Notes: generated by a model not told the origin, from the letters alone. A stretch of 64,000 bases of DNA from Saprospiraceae bacterium (GCA_022844265.1 JALHMA010000001.1:18260-82259), one strand, 5' to 3'. Positions 27,850-37,161 are shown, counted from the stretch's first letter. Translations and numbers: made by a program.

Positions 27850-28278
27850 ATGGCTATTGTAAAAAACAACTATAGCACGCTTCAGGTAATCGACCCCTAT
27901 TACATCACTATTGAGCAGAGCGCTGCACAGGCAGATCTGATCATTGTTATAGATACTATCAATAACAATGAACCCGGCAAGATCAATGTGCAACTGACCG
28001 GCGATGTGATTTGGCTGCAAATGGAAGTAGGCCACATCCTGACTGTTTTGTCCGGGCAGCCGAATGGTATTACAGCCTTCACGCCCTCTGTTGAATATTT
28101 GAACAAGGCTCGTTTGAGACTAAAAACTGCTGAAGTATTTGTCATCGAATACAACAGCACTGCCAAGGATGACAGTTTGCACCGCACCGCAGTTACCGGT
28201 TATCAAATGGGTACTTACGATAAGGCAGTCATAAAACTTGATACCAAGAACGACTTGATTACTGTATATCAAATGTAG
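27850..28278 (+). CDS. Uncharacterised 142-aa protein (beta-rich, cytoplasmic)
   Basis: The ORF has an ATG at 27850 (the track start 27802 is a TTG). It is divergent from the 529-aa gene across a 164-nt AT-rich spacer containing a TATTTTTG box (27742-27749). No family was recognised. Confidence 0.5.
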   Translation: MAIVKNNYSTLQVIDPYYITIEQSAAQADLIIVIDTINNNEPGKINVQLTGDVIWLQMEVGHILTVLSGQPNGITAFTPSVEYLNKARLRLKTAEVFVIEYNSTAKDDSLHRTAVTGYQMGTYDKAVIKLDTKNDLITVYQM

Positions 28279-28490
28279 ATAACATGTTAAGTAGATGAAA
28301 ATTTAAGAACACTCTGTATAACACAGTGCCAAATGAAAGCCAATAATCCAAGCGTAAGGAGTTGCATCATGTCAGGAGGTATGCTTCATTTCACCTCTAT
28401 CATTGACCTGTGATGGATTGCAGCTCTGCCCAATTAACCTGATGTTGCGCTTGTTATGGCTAATAAACTCCCGAGTACCCCATTACCATC

Positions 28491-28518
28491 AGCCACGCTG
28501 CAAAGCGTGGCTTTTTTT
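28491..28518 (+). terminator. Rho-independent terminator
   Basis: The stem pairs agccacgc with gcgtggct around the loop tgcaaa and is followed by seven T residues. It lies 213 nt after the stop of the 142-aa gene. Confidence 0.8.
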
Positions 28519-28607
28519 ATGCCTGTCGCCTGGAAAGGCATGAAGTTTGTTACTATTCCCGAATCCGGCGTAATATTGCCTTTGAAGTCAAAACAATCCG
28601 TCCAACT

Positions 28608-29210
28608 ATGAGAATTTCAGTTTCGTTTATTTTAATCGCATATTGCCTGACTTTGAATCTTCTCCACGCCCAGAATCCAGTTCCTTCTTCTCTGAAATCA
28701 ATTGCGGGCGTCGTTTCCGATTCATTTGGTACGCCTGTTGTCACGGTGGAAGCGTTTATGCGGGAAGCCATGGCACTGGAGCAAAATGAAGGCATCCCTG
28801 CCAGCGTTTTTATCGGGCTGGCAATTCTTGAATCAGCCGGATTCAGCAGCTATTTATACCAGAAAGCGAAAAATCCGTTTGGTATGAAAGCAACGGCTAT
28901 CTGGAAAGGAGAGAAATTTATGATGTGGCACGAAGGGAAAATGACGCCATTCCGGCAATATGCGGATCCGGCCGAAGCAGTACGTGATTTCGCCGGTTTT
29001 CTGCGCAGCCGCAAGTGGTTTGCTGATGCACTGCGTTGTCCTTCCGGCGATAGCGAATGTTTTTTAGCAGGTCTTTCTCCCAAAACAGGCAAAAAAAGTT
29101 GGGAATACGAACCCGGTTATGCGCGCGATCCCGAATGGGCAAATAAAATCCGTCGGGTTATCGGGACGTACCGTTTGCAGGAGCTGTCTGGAGGAGATTT
29201 AAACAAATAG
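28608..29210 (+). CDS. Glucosaminidase-domain (FlgJ/muramidase-like) peptidoglycan hydrolase
   Basis: It has a signal peptide and contains IGLAILESAGFSSYLYQKAKNPFGMKA and GYARDPEWANKI, typical of the mannosyl-glycoprotein endo-beta-N-acetylglucosaminidase domain. Confidence 0.7.
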   Translation: MRISVSFILIAYCLTLNLLHAQNPVPSSLKSIAGVVSDSFGTPVVTVEAFMREAMALEQNEGIPASVFIGLAILESAGFSSYLYQKAKNPFGMKATAIWKGEKFMMWHEGKMTPFRQYADPAEAVRDFAGFLRSRKWFADALRCPSGDSECFLAGLSPKTGKKSWEYEPGYARDPEWANKIRRVIGTYRLQELSGGDLNK

Positions 29211-29274
29211 CAAGGGGCAAAAGGCAAGGGGCAAAAAACGACCACTCGGGTTACTATTGCTTTTGCCTTTTGCT
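29211..29274. repeat. Short word-repeat hairpin (GGCAAAA/GGGGCAA words) between convergent genes
   Basis: gcaaaaggcaa (29217-29227) pairs perfectly with ttgccttttgc (29263-29273). The inner continuation is imperfect. Confidence 0.45.
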
Positions 29275-30075
29275 TCACCAAGTCTGGTTCTGATTCCAGA
29301 ACGGCGGAAAAAAGCGCTGATGCTCGTCCCCTGAGGATTGTTCTTTTTCTGCTTCCAGTCTGCGCGCTTCCGCTTCTGCGAAGCGCTCGGCTTTTGTTTT
29401 ATCAAAAATATCGCGGGGCAAAAAGTATTGTTTTTCCTGATTGCGCTCGTCAGCAAAAGGGTCATCAGGGTGCGCTTCTTCTTCCTCCAGTTCACTTTTA
29501 AACCAGAAGGAGGTAAAAATGCCCACCAGACTGCCCAATAAATGGCTTTCCCAGGAAATACCTTCCTGTTCCGGCAGAATCCCCATAAACATCCCGCTGT
29601 ACAGGATCATAACGATGGCTGCCAGCATAATGGAGCGCAGACTGCGGCGAAAAATACCATTCCAGAAAATAAAAGATACGAGACCATACACAATTCCGCT
29701 GGCCCCGATGTGCGAGACGGGTCTTGCAAACAACCAAACCGAAAGCCCTGTCAGTAAATAGATCGTCCAAAAAGAACGCATGGCAACTTTGCGATAGAAA
29801 TACAAAGTCATAGCGGTCAGTACAAACAAAGGCAGACTGTTGGATGCCAGGTGTCCCCAGCTGCCATGTACCAACGGACCGGTTAAAATACCCTGCAAAC
29901 CCCAAATACGGCGCGACATGATGCCATACATACCCGGATCGAAACCGGATATCCATTGATACAATTGTACCAGCCAGATCATGGCCACCACAAAAAGCGG
30001 GAATCGGATACTATCGTAAAAATGTTTTCGGGTCAGTTCGAGGCTGTCCGTCTCACTATCAATAAAAGCGCTCAA
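29275..30075 (-). CDS. Rhomboid-family intramembrane serine protease
   Basis: It contains the HGSWGHLASNS (HxxxN) and GASGIVYGL (GxSG) motifs and multiple TM helices. The start is a TTG at 30075, and no better ATG is available. Confidence 0.85.
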   Translation of the reverse strand: MSAFIDSETDSLELTRKHFYDSIRFPLFVVAMIWLVQLYQWISGFDPGMYGIMSRRIWGLQGILTGPLVHGSWGHLASNSLPLFVLTAMTLYFYRKVAMRSFWTIYLLTGLSVWLFARPVSHIGASGIVYGLVSFIFWNGIFRRSLRSIMLAAIVMILYSGMFMGILPEQEGISWESHLLGSLVGIFTSFWFKSELEEEEAHPDDPFADERNQEKQYFLPRDIFDKTKAERFAEAEARRLEAEKEQSSGDEHQRFFPPFWNQNQTW

Positions 30076-30113
30076 TGGTAAGTCGTTATCCGTTATTAAG
30101 TACTGTGTTATCT

Positions 30114-30211
30114 AAATTTTTGAATATTCGAGGATGCGAGTATTTGAGTATAAATGATTCGTTATCAGTCAGATACTCGAATACTCAAATCTTCGGATAC
30201 TCAAAAAAATT
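30114..30211. repeat. GAGTAT/ACTCGAATACTC hairpin element, copy 2
   Basis: The 53-nt core at 30142-30194 is identical to 18302-18354. A 10-nt direct repeat tattaagtac flanks it (about 30093-30102 and 30222-30231). Confidence 0.85.
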
Positions 30212-30245
30212 AGGGACTATCTATTAAGTACAAGTACGATATTTT

Positions 30246-30890
30246 TTACCGACCCAGCCCCAACTGAATACCCACACCAAAAACGGGACCACCCATTGGC
30301 AGGGTTTGCGCTTTGGGCACCACTCGTAAACTGAGGTCGTCACTCACATCGAAACTGTGTAAATGCGCATCCACAAATGCGTCAGCAGCGGTCAATAAAT
30401 ACACCAAACCCAAAGCAAGGGAAGTTTGTTCAACATATCGCCGCCATTGATCGCGGTATTTTTTCATGGAGGTTGCGTCGATACGATCATAAGGCGCTTC
30501 GGTAGGGTTGGTATTGTCGTCGCCGTCTACCAGCAATTTGTAATTATCGCGCAACTTGCGAAACTGCTTTACATTTTCCACCTCAAACCAGACCATACCG
30601 CCCAGCGCACCGTACACGATGGGCAGTTTCCACCAGCTCTTGTTGTAAGCCTGGCCGGCGCCGGGCAAAGCCAGCGACAAAAATGCGGCTTTTCGCGGAT
30701 TGGGATATTTATCCGTAAAAAAACGGCGTACAAATCCGTCGCGTTCTATCGGGACCACTCCACCGGAATCGGCCGCAGCCATAGCCGTTGAATCGGGCAA
30801 TACAATGACCGGTGCGGCAGGCTCCTGGGCATACAACATCGGTGTGCTTAAGATGACCGATAAGAGGAGGAGGAGGTTTCGAAATTTCAT
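30246..30890 (-). CDS. DUF5683-domain protein
   Basis: It has a signal peptide and contains AFLSLALPGAGQAYNKSWWKLPIVYGALGG, characteristic of the Bacteroidota DUF5683 family. Confidence 0.65.
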   Translation of the reverse strand: MKFRNLLLLLSVILSTPMLYAQEPAAPVIVLPDSTAMAAADSGGVVPIERDGFVRRFFTDKYPNPRKAAFLSLALPGAGQAYNKSWWKLPIVYGALGGMVWFEVENVKQFRKLRDNYKLLVDGDDNTNPTEAPYDRIDATSMKKYRDQWRRYVEQTSLALGLVYLLTAADAFVDAHLHSFDVSDDLSLRVVPKAQTLPMGGPVFGVGIQLGLGR

Positions 30891-30920
30891 TTGACAAAGG
30901 TAAGGATTTATGGGTTTATT

Positions 30921-31030
30921 GGTTGATGAGGTTTATAAAGGTTGATGAGGTTGATATACATCTACTCGATAAGGCTCCCTTTCGAGTGGCTGTATATCAA
31001 CCTCATCAACCTTTATAAACCTCATCAACC
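30921..31030. repeat. GTTTATAA/GGTTGATGAG hairpin element
   Basis: The perfect 38-nt arms are 30921-30958 and 30993-31030. The 34-nt loop contains actcgat...cgagtggct, which is shared with the element at 58067-58179. Confidence 0.9.
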
Positions 31031-31039
31031 TACTTAGGT

Positions 31040-31666
31040 TTAATCCTCGTCGTTTCTCCGGTAGTCTTTGTTTGTTTTGCGTTTGTGGAAGCGCCCCCAG
31101 GAGAAACCGAATTTAAGACTTGCCTGGCCGTAAGCGCCCTCTATTTGCGCATCCTGGATAGCGGCAATGTCGTTGTCGTTGACGAAGCGGTACCCGCCTT
31201 CGAGACCGAGGCGGAACCAGCGGAAAACGTTGATTTCAACCCCTGCGGAAGGTTGCATGACAAAAACCCGGTCCTCCGCTCCGGAAAGATTGATTTTACC
31301 GCGCCCGAAATCAAAGTTGACTACCGGGTGTATGGCTTTATAGGGGATAAAAGCATAACCGAGTTTAAAAGTGTTCCACTTGAAGTCGAAACGTTGATTT
31401 TCAGCGCCTTGCCAGTTGAATGGGTCCGATACGCGGTAATTGCCCCAACCAACGGTCAAGGATTTTCCGAATTCAAAACCGAAAAAACCGCCCCGGTTAA
31501 ACTGGTCTGAATTACCGTAGGAAGTGTACTGATGATGATAGCCTCCCCAGATGCCGGAGAAACCCCAACCCCGTTCGCCCAGAACGGTTTCCTCTCGTTG
31601 TCCAAAAGAGAGGGTGGCAGAAAGAAGCAGAGAAAGAACGAACAAAAAGGACTTGGTGTGCTTCAT
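31040..31666 (-). CDS. Outer-membrane beta-barrel (porin-family) protein
   Basis: It has a signal peptide, an alternating aromatic/glycine beta-strand pattern and a terminal aromatic-rich strand. The family assignment is tentative. Confidence 0.55.
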   Translation of the reverse strand: MKHTKSFLFVLSLLLSATLSFGQREETVLGERGWGFSGIWGGYHHQYTSYGNSDQFNRGGFFGFEFGKSLTVGWGNYRVSDPFNWQGAENQRFDFKWNTFKLGYAFIPYKAIHPVVNFDFGRGKINLSGAEDRVFVMQPSAGVEINVFRWFRLGLEGGYRFVNDNDIAAIQDAQIEGAYGQASLKFGFSWGRFHKRKTNKDYRRNDED

Positions 31667-31718
31667 AAGAGATGGTTCTGTTTATTTGATGTGAAGAAAA
31701 ACTGCTGCTGATCGATTA

Positions 31719-31780
31719 TTTGAAGATTCGAGTATTCGACTAATTACGAATGCCAATACTCGTATACTCGAATCTTCAAA
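31719..31780. repeat. GAGTAT-family hairpin, copy 3 (diverged)
   Basis: tttgaagattcgagtat (31719-31735) pairs perfectly with atactcgaatcttcaaa (31764-31780). Confidence 0.75.
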
Positions 31781-31847
31781 TACTCCATAAAACACTCGAC
31801 GTTGAAACTGACAACAAGGTTACAGGCAAGGCTGCATTTTCACAATA

Positions 31848-31883
31848 GAAAAAGGTGAATGCAGCGCTGCATTCACCTTTTTC
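31848..31883. terminator. Perfect 18+18 palindrome, probable bidirectional terminator
   Basis: The sequence is gaaaaaggtgaatgcagc|gctgcattcacctttttc, with A/T tracts on both sides. It lies 30 nt downstream of the minus-strand gene ending at 31913. Confidence 0.75.
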
Positions 31884-31912
31884 TAACTTACTTTAACCAG
31901 ATTTAACCAAAA

Positions 31913-33058
31913 TCAGGGTTTCAAAACCACTAATCTTTTGGTTCCAATGATGTTTCCTTTGCTGTCAACGAGGCTGTAGAGATAAGTGCCTTTTCTGAAA
32001 TCTTCCAGTTCGAGGGTTACCGAACGGTTGCCGGTAATCACATAATTTTGTTTCCACACCACTCTCCCGATGATATTGAAAATTTTAAGGGTGTATTCTT
32101 CCGGAGGTAAATTGGTGCAATCGAAACGAACGCGTTCGACGGCAGGATTTGGGAAAGCCTGGATATTGGCTGCCCCCGGCGCATCCGCTTCGGGAGCGGC
32201 CACGGTTTCATTGTTTAAAAAACGCACAGATTCTACCGTTGAAAGGTCGTTGCTCATAGTGGCTACGGCGATTTCCTGTTTTTCCGTTCCGCTGTAAAAG
32301 CGGTAAGTGAGCGTGGTATCCGTACCGATAAAATTACCCAGGCCACCGCCACCTCCGCCACCGCCGAGGACTGAAGACAAGTCTATCCAGCCCAGAAAGG
32401 GCACTTTGACATCCAGGTTGGTAGTGGTGTAGTCTGTACGCTTCTGGCGCAAAACAGGATAGGAACCGCCAGGTATCTGGCAGGTACCCCAGCCGTCGAC
32501 AACTTCCAGGCGCTGGGTATTGATTCGAACCCGAATCGAATCAGGCTGTACAGGCAAGCCTGCAAGCAAGGCTGCGGGCAGCTGATCAGCCGAAAATGGC
32601 AGGTTAAGATTTGCCGTTTGTTGGTGAATATCGAAAAAATTCAGCGGCGCGCGGCGCTCGACAATTGTCGGGCTGAATTTTGCCTGCACCTGTATACCAA
32701 GGTTGGCGGGGTCGGCGCCGGCATAACCCATATTCTGCACCTGGGTATTGGTGATATTGTAAAACGTTTCTCCGTTGGCGCCGATAACAGCGAGGTCCGC
32801 CTCGGGAAAACCCATCGAAAAGACCCCTGCATTTGCGGACTGATAGACGATTTCAGTTGTTTCAGACGCCTCGAGGCTGCTAAAATCCCATAACTGGCCG
32901 CCACCGGGAGGGGTAGCCGGCTGAATATTAGCAGCATCCATGTCGAAAGCAATTTTGAACGTATCGCCTACAGCAGGAAAGGTGGCCGCAGTAATGGTAA
33001 TTTGGGCGGAAGAACTGAAGCACAGGGCAGTGAAGAGGGCCAGTAACATTCGTCTCAT
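31913..33058 (-). CDS. T9SS C-terminal-sorting-domain secreted protein
   Basis: The C-terminus FPNPAVERVRFDC...YTLKIFNIIGRVVWKQ...GTYLYSLVDSKGNIIGTKRLVVLKP is a Por/T9SS CTD. The start is trimmed to the MRRMLLALFTALCFSSSAQ signal. Confidence 0.7.
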   Translation of the reverse strand: MRRMLLALFTALCFSSSAQITITAATFPAVGDTFKIAFDMDAANIQPATPPGGGQLWDFSSLEASETTEIVYQSANAGVFSMGFPEADLAVIGANGETFYNITNTQVQNMGYAGADPANLGIQVQAKFSPTIVERRAPLNFFDIHQQTANLNLPFSADQLPAALLAGLPVQPDSIRVRINTQRLEVVDGWGTCQIPGGSYPVLRQKRTDYTTTNLDVKVPFLGWIDLSSVLGGGGGGGGLGNFIGTDTTLTYRFYSGTEKQEIAVATMSNDLSTVESVRFLNNETVAAPEADAPGAANIQAFPNPAVERVRFDCTNLPPEEYTLKIFNIIGRVVWKQNYVITGNRSVTLELEDFRKGTYLYSLVDSKGNIIGTKRLVVLKP

Positions 33059-33202
33059 CGGATGGTTTGATAGTTGAAAATAAAGTTGATTAAACAGGAA
33101 CTTGTCCATGGCTTCAAAGGTACGCCGGTTTTTGATGCAAAAAATGCAGGGGATGAAAAATGCATGACATTATCAAAAAATTAATCGAAACCCCGAACTG
33201 TT

Positions 33203-35017
33203 TTATAACGCTTGTAATTCTACTAATTTTCGGTAAATGTGTCCCTCAGCCATCAGCTGTTCATGTGTGCCGCGTTCTACAATTTTCCCCTGATCCAGCA
33301 CGAGGATTTCGTCGGCGTCCAGCACGGTACTCAACCGGTGCGCAATAACCAGGGCAGTTCTGTTTTCCAGCAAGCGTTCCAGGGCGTATTGTACAAGTTG
33401 TTCAGACTCCGAATCGAGGGCAGACGTTGCCTCGTCGAGGATTAAAATCGGCGGATTTTTCAACAAGGCCCGTGCAATGGTCAGGCGCTGGCGTTGTCCG
33501 CCGCTCAGTTTGCTGCCGCGGTCGCCGATATTAGAGTGGTATCCTTCGGGCATTTGTACGATGAATTCATGCGCATTCGCCGCTTTGGCGGCCGCTTCAA
33601 TGGCTTCATCTGTTATGTTTTCATTGCCGAATGCGATATTGTTGCGCACTGTATCATTGAATAACACGGCTTCCTGACTGACAATGCCCATGAGCGCACG
33701 CAGGTCGCGGGTGCGCAACTGGCGAATATCGATCCCGTCCACCAGAATCTGACCGGCGCCCACGTCGTAAAAGCGGGGCAGCAAATCGGCAATCGTACTT
33801 TTCCCGGCGCCGGAAGCGCCTACCAGAGCCACCATTTTTCCACGCGGAATACGCAGATTGATGTTTTCCAGCGCAGCCCGCTCTGCATTCTGGTATTGAA
33901 AAGACACGTTTTTAAATTCAATCTCCTCTTTAAATGACTTGATTTCCAGTGCGTTTTCACTGTCCCGGATCAGGAGGTCGGCATTTAAGACAGATTGAAC
34001 GCGTTCCACAGCCCCCATGCCCTTACGTATGCTGTAAATAGCAGAAGAAAAGGATTTGGCCGGGTCGATGACATTGAAAAAGGCGTAGAGGAAGGTGATA
34101 AACGTTTCGGCAGACAACGTGCCCGAAAAAACCTGCTTCGATCCGTACCACAGCAACACGGATACTACGGTGATGCCCAGAAACTCGGACAGGGGAGAGG
34201 CAATGTCGCGGCGGCGGTATATGCGCGTCAGGGTACTTGCATAAGCGCGGTTTTCCTTCGCAAAACGCTCGCGCTGATAAGCCTCCGCATTAAACCCCTT
34301 GATAATCCGAAGACCTCCCAGCGTTTCTTCCACAAGTGAAACAATATAACCCAGCCGCGTTTGCGCTTCCCCCGATTGCTTGCGCAGGGTGCGCCCGATG
34401 CCACCGATAATGAGGCCTGTAAAAAGCAGCAGACCGAAAACAAACATGGTCAGCGACGGAGAGATGTACAACATAAAAGCCAGGCTCCCCACTATGACAA
34501 TGGGTTCGCGTACAATGGCTTCCATGACGCCGACAATGCTCCACTCGATTTCCTGGACATCTGCCGTGAAACGACTCATCAGGTCGCCTTTTCTTTCATT
34601 GGAAAAAAAAGAAAGCGGCAAATCCAGCATTTTATTCACCATTTTTTGCCTGAAATCGCGGACAATGCCGTTGCGCACCGGCGCCAGAAAATACAGCGAA
34701 AGATACCGGAACAGGTTTTTACCCAAGAATACCAGCACCAGCATGCAGCACACCATCAGCAGTGCTTTTTCCCGGCCTTGTTCGGCTATTAACTGGTTGA
34801 AAAACAACTTGCTGCGGATTTCAAATCCCTCAAAACTGCTTCCCGTAGGACCGGCCGTGCCTGCATCGGAGGGCGCTTCCCGATTGAAGAGTATTTGTAA
34901 AAACGGCTGTAATACAGGGATGCTGACGACCATAAAAACTGACATCAGCAAATTGCACAACACTGCCAGTGCAAGTAGTTTTTTGTAGGGCGCGTAATAG
35001 CGTAACAGTTGAAACAT
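33203..35017 (-). CDS. ABC transporter, fused permease/ATPase (MsbA-like lipid exporter)
   Basis: It has six N-terminal TM helices, Walker A GASGAGKST, the signature LSGGQRQR and Walker B ILILDEATSALD. The start is trimmed to MFQLLRYYAPYKK, which removes the overlap with hemF. Confidence 0.9.
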   Translation of the reverse strand: MFQLLRYYAPYKKLLALAVLCNLLMSVFMVVSIPVLQPFLQILFNREAPSDAGTAGPTGSSFEGFEIRSKLFFNQLIAEQGREKALLMVCCMLVLVFLGKNLFRYLSLYFLAPVRNGIVRDFRQKMVNKMLDLPLSFFSNERKGDLMSRFTADVQEIEWSIVGVMEAIVREPIVIVGSLAFMLYISPSLTMFVFGLLLFTGLIIGGIGRTLRKQSGEAQTRLGYIVSLVEETLGGLRIIKGFNAEAYQRERFAKENRAYASTLTRIYRRRDIASPLSEFLGITVVSVLLWYGSKQVFSGTLSAETFITFLYAFFNVIDPAKSFSSAIYSIRKGMGAVERVQSVLNADLLIRDSENALEIKSFKEEIEFKNVSFQYQNAERAALENINLRIPRGKMVALVGASGAGKSTIADLLPRFYDVGAGQILVDGIDIRQLRTRDLRALMGIVSQEAVLFNDTVRNNIAFGNENITDEAIEAAAKAANAHEFIVQMPEGYHSNIGDRGSKLSGGQRQRLTIARALLKNPPILILDEATSALDSESEQLVQYALERLLENRTALVIAHRLSTVLDADEILVLDQGKIVERGTHEQLMAEGHIYRKLVELQAL

Positions 35018-35069
35018 CGCAAGTCGGATCAGCAAAAAGAGCCGCAAAGGACGGATAAATTTGCGGCAT

Positions 35070-35966
35070 TTAATAGACCACCCAATCCACTCCTTTTCGC
35101 AGCCAGGCCTGCGTTTGGGCTTCCGCACTATCGGGCGTCGGCTGCAGGTTGTAGCCCCAGGAAGCAACGGGCGGCATACTCATTAAAATGGATTCTACGC
35201 GGCCATTGGTTTCCAGTCCGAACTTCGTACCCCTGTCCCAGACCAGGTTGAACTCCACATAGCGGCCCCGGCGCAACATCTGCCAGCGCTTTTCGGGTTC
35301 ACCCCAGGAGAGATTTCTGGATTTTTCGAGTAAAGGCACATACGAAGGCACAAAGGTTTGTCCGACCGAATAGGTAAATGCAAAGAGTTGCTCCTGGCTC
35401 ATGCCCGTTTTTTCATCTAAATAATCGAAAAAAACACCTCCAACGCCCCGGGTTTCCTGACGGTGCCGGATAAAAAAGTACTCGTCTGCCGTTTCTTTAA
35501 ATTTGGGATAAAAATCGGGGTGAAAACGATCGCAGGTATTTTTCAATTGCCGGTGAAAAAAAGCGGCGTCTTCGGGGACTACATAATGCGGCGTCAGGTC
35601 GATGCCGCCGCCAAACCACCATTGTCCGTTGCCCGTTTCAAAATACCGCACATTCATATGAATAATGGGCGCCATCGGGCTGTGCGGATGCAATACGATG
35701 GATACGCCGGTGGCAAAAAAAGTAGTGGGCGGCAGGTTCATGGCTTTGGCCGTAATTTCGGGCAGAGGACCATGCACAGCGCTGAACATAACGCCGCCTT
35801 TTTCGATGACTGCGCCCGTTATGACGCGACTGCGTCCGCCGCCGCCTTCCGGGCGCAACCAGTTGTCTTCTGTGAAACTGCCCCCGCCATCGGCTTGTTC
35901 CAGTTGCCGGCAAATATCGTCCTGCAGGATGCGAAATTGTTCTGCTATATATTCTTTTGTATGCAT
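35070..35966 (-). CDS. hemF: Oxygen-dependent coproporphyrinogen III oxidase
   Basis: It contains WFGGGIDLTP, RGVGGVFFDYL and GRYVEFNLVWDRGTKFGL, typical HemF motifs. The start is trimmed to MHTKEY. Confidence 0.9.
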   Translation of the reverse strand: MHTKEYIAEQFRILQDDICRQLEQADGGGSFTEDNWLRPEGGGGRSRVITGAVIEKGGVMFSAVHGPLPEITAKAMNLPPTTFFATGVSIVLHPHSPMAPIIHMNVRYFETGNGQWWFGGGIDLTPHYVVPEDAAFFHRQLKNTCDRFHPDFYPKFKETADEYFFIRHRQETRGVGGVFFDYLDEKTGMSQEQLFAFTYSVGQTFVPSYVPLLEKSRNLSWGEPEKRWQMLRRGRYVEFNLVWDRGTKFGLETNGRVESILMSMPPVASWGYNLQPTPDSAEAQTQAWLRKGVDWVVY

Positions 35967-35976
35967 GGGTTGTTTT

Positions 35977-37146
35977 TCAACGGATGAAAAACGCGTAACC
36001 GACCGCGAAGAAAAACGTATCGCCAACCAGTATTGGATTTTTTTTCCCCAGATTCATCCACCGGTATCCGACACGCGCCCGAATAGCGCCGTATCCTTTG
36101 GCCGGATTTTCAAAAACTTCGGATTCATCGATGTCATGCAGTTTAACATCAAAACTGAGGCTTGTATTGAGTACTTCGCTTCTGAAATTAAATCCCGGGT
36201 ATTCACTTATCGTGTTGCCATCGTCATCTTCCACCGTGGTAGGTTTAAGGGCTGCAAATCCAATCCCAACGGAAGGGGAAATGCGAAAATCAGGCTTGTT
36301 GATGATCGCAAAACCCACATCAAGCGATGGCGTCAAATATGTAGAGGACTCTCCCTTAGGCCAGACATCACCCGGGGCTCTTTCGATATCGCGGCCCAGT
36401 TTTTGGCCGGTTATAGCCATGCGAAACATATAACTCCAGCGTTTCTGCCAGAGCATGATGCCGAAATCAACGCCGAAAGAAGGTTGCAGGGTGCGCTCTA
36501 ACTGGTCGCGCCAGTTGCCCTGAGTCAGTAAAAAGTCTAAGCCGAAACCGACAGGATTTTCGGGTCTTTTTTTGATTTTGGGTTTGATATAGGAGACGTA
36601 ATTCCCGAAGCGCGAATCCGGATATAGTTTTAAAAACGCTTCCAGGCGCGCAGCCCATTCCGCCTGGTCGTGTTCGAGCCGGAGCAGGTATTCGAGCAGC
36701 AGGGTAGTGAAGGCTTTTTCTTCTTCATTCAGAAAGGCTTTCTGAATACTCTGGAACATATCAAAACGCCTTTCGTGCAATACATAATCCAGCCATTCAA
36801 ACATGCTGTCCTGCGGCGGCTGGTTCCTCAGGTCATCAATCGTGCGCTCCATTTCACTAAAATTGGCGACTTCCTCAAAGAGGTTGCCATACGATTCTGT
36901 CCAGTAGTAGAGCAACCAGCGTTCGTCCCATACCAGGCCTATGTATTCTATATTTTCCAGGTTGCGCAATGAATCCATCCACAGGCCGACGCTTACATAA
37001 TCTTCAGCAAGAAAAGAAGCGATCAACTCCTTGCGCGCTGCAACGATTTTTTCGCCGGCAGACAAACGGGTGGAAACGCTGTCAGTCTGGGCGACTGCAA
37101 AAAAACTTACAATATTGAATAAGAGTGTAAAAAGAAAGTACTTCAT
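35977..37146 (-). CDS. Uncharacterised secreted protein (helical N-domain + beta-barrel-like C-domain)
   Basis: It has a signal peptide MKYFLFTLLFNIVSFFAVAQ and the C-terminus ends in an aromatic strand (FFFAVGYAFFIR). No family was recognised. Confidence 0.5.
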   Translation of the reverse strand: MKYFLFTLLFNIVSFFAVAQTDSVSTRLSAGEKIVAARKELIASFLAEDYVSVGLWMDSLRNLENIEYIGLVWDERWLLYYWTESYGNLFEEVANFSEMERTIDDLRNQPPQDSMFEWLDYVLHERRFDMFQSIQKAFLNEEEKAFTTLLLEYLLRLEHDQAEWAARLEAFLKLYPDSRFGNYVSYIKPKIKKRPENPVGFGLDFLLTQGNWRDQLERTLQPSFGVDFGIMLWQKRWSYMFRMAITGQKLGRDIERAPGDVWPKGESSTYLTPSLDVGFAIINKPDFRISPSVGIGFAALKPTTVEDDDGNTISEYPGFNFRSEVLNTSLSFDVKLHDIDESEVFENPAKGYGAIRARVGYRWMNLGKKNPILVGDTFFFAVGYAFFIR

Positions 37147-37161
37147 AATGCTGATTTGGAA

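Noticed and set aside
28333-28413. A 26-codon ORF (MKANNPSVRSCIMSGGMLHFTSIIDL) in the 3' tail of the 142-aa gene, considered as a possible signalling peptide or RiPP precursor
   Set aside because: No modifying enzyme, transporter or leader/core pattern lies nearby, and a random ORF of this length is expected by chance. I mention it only as a hypothesis within the island finding and do not call it as a feature.
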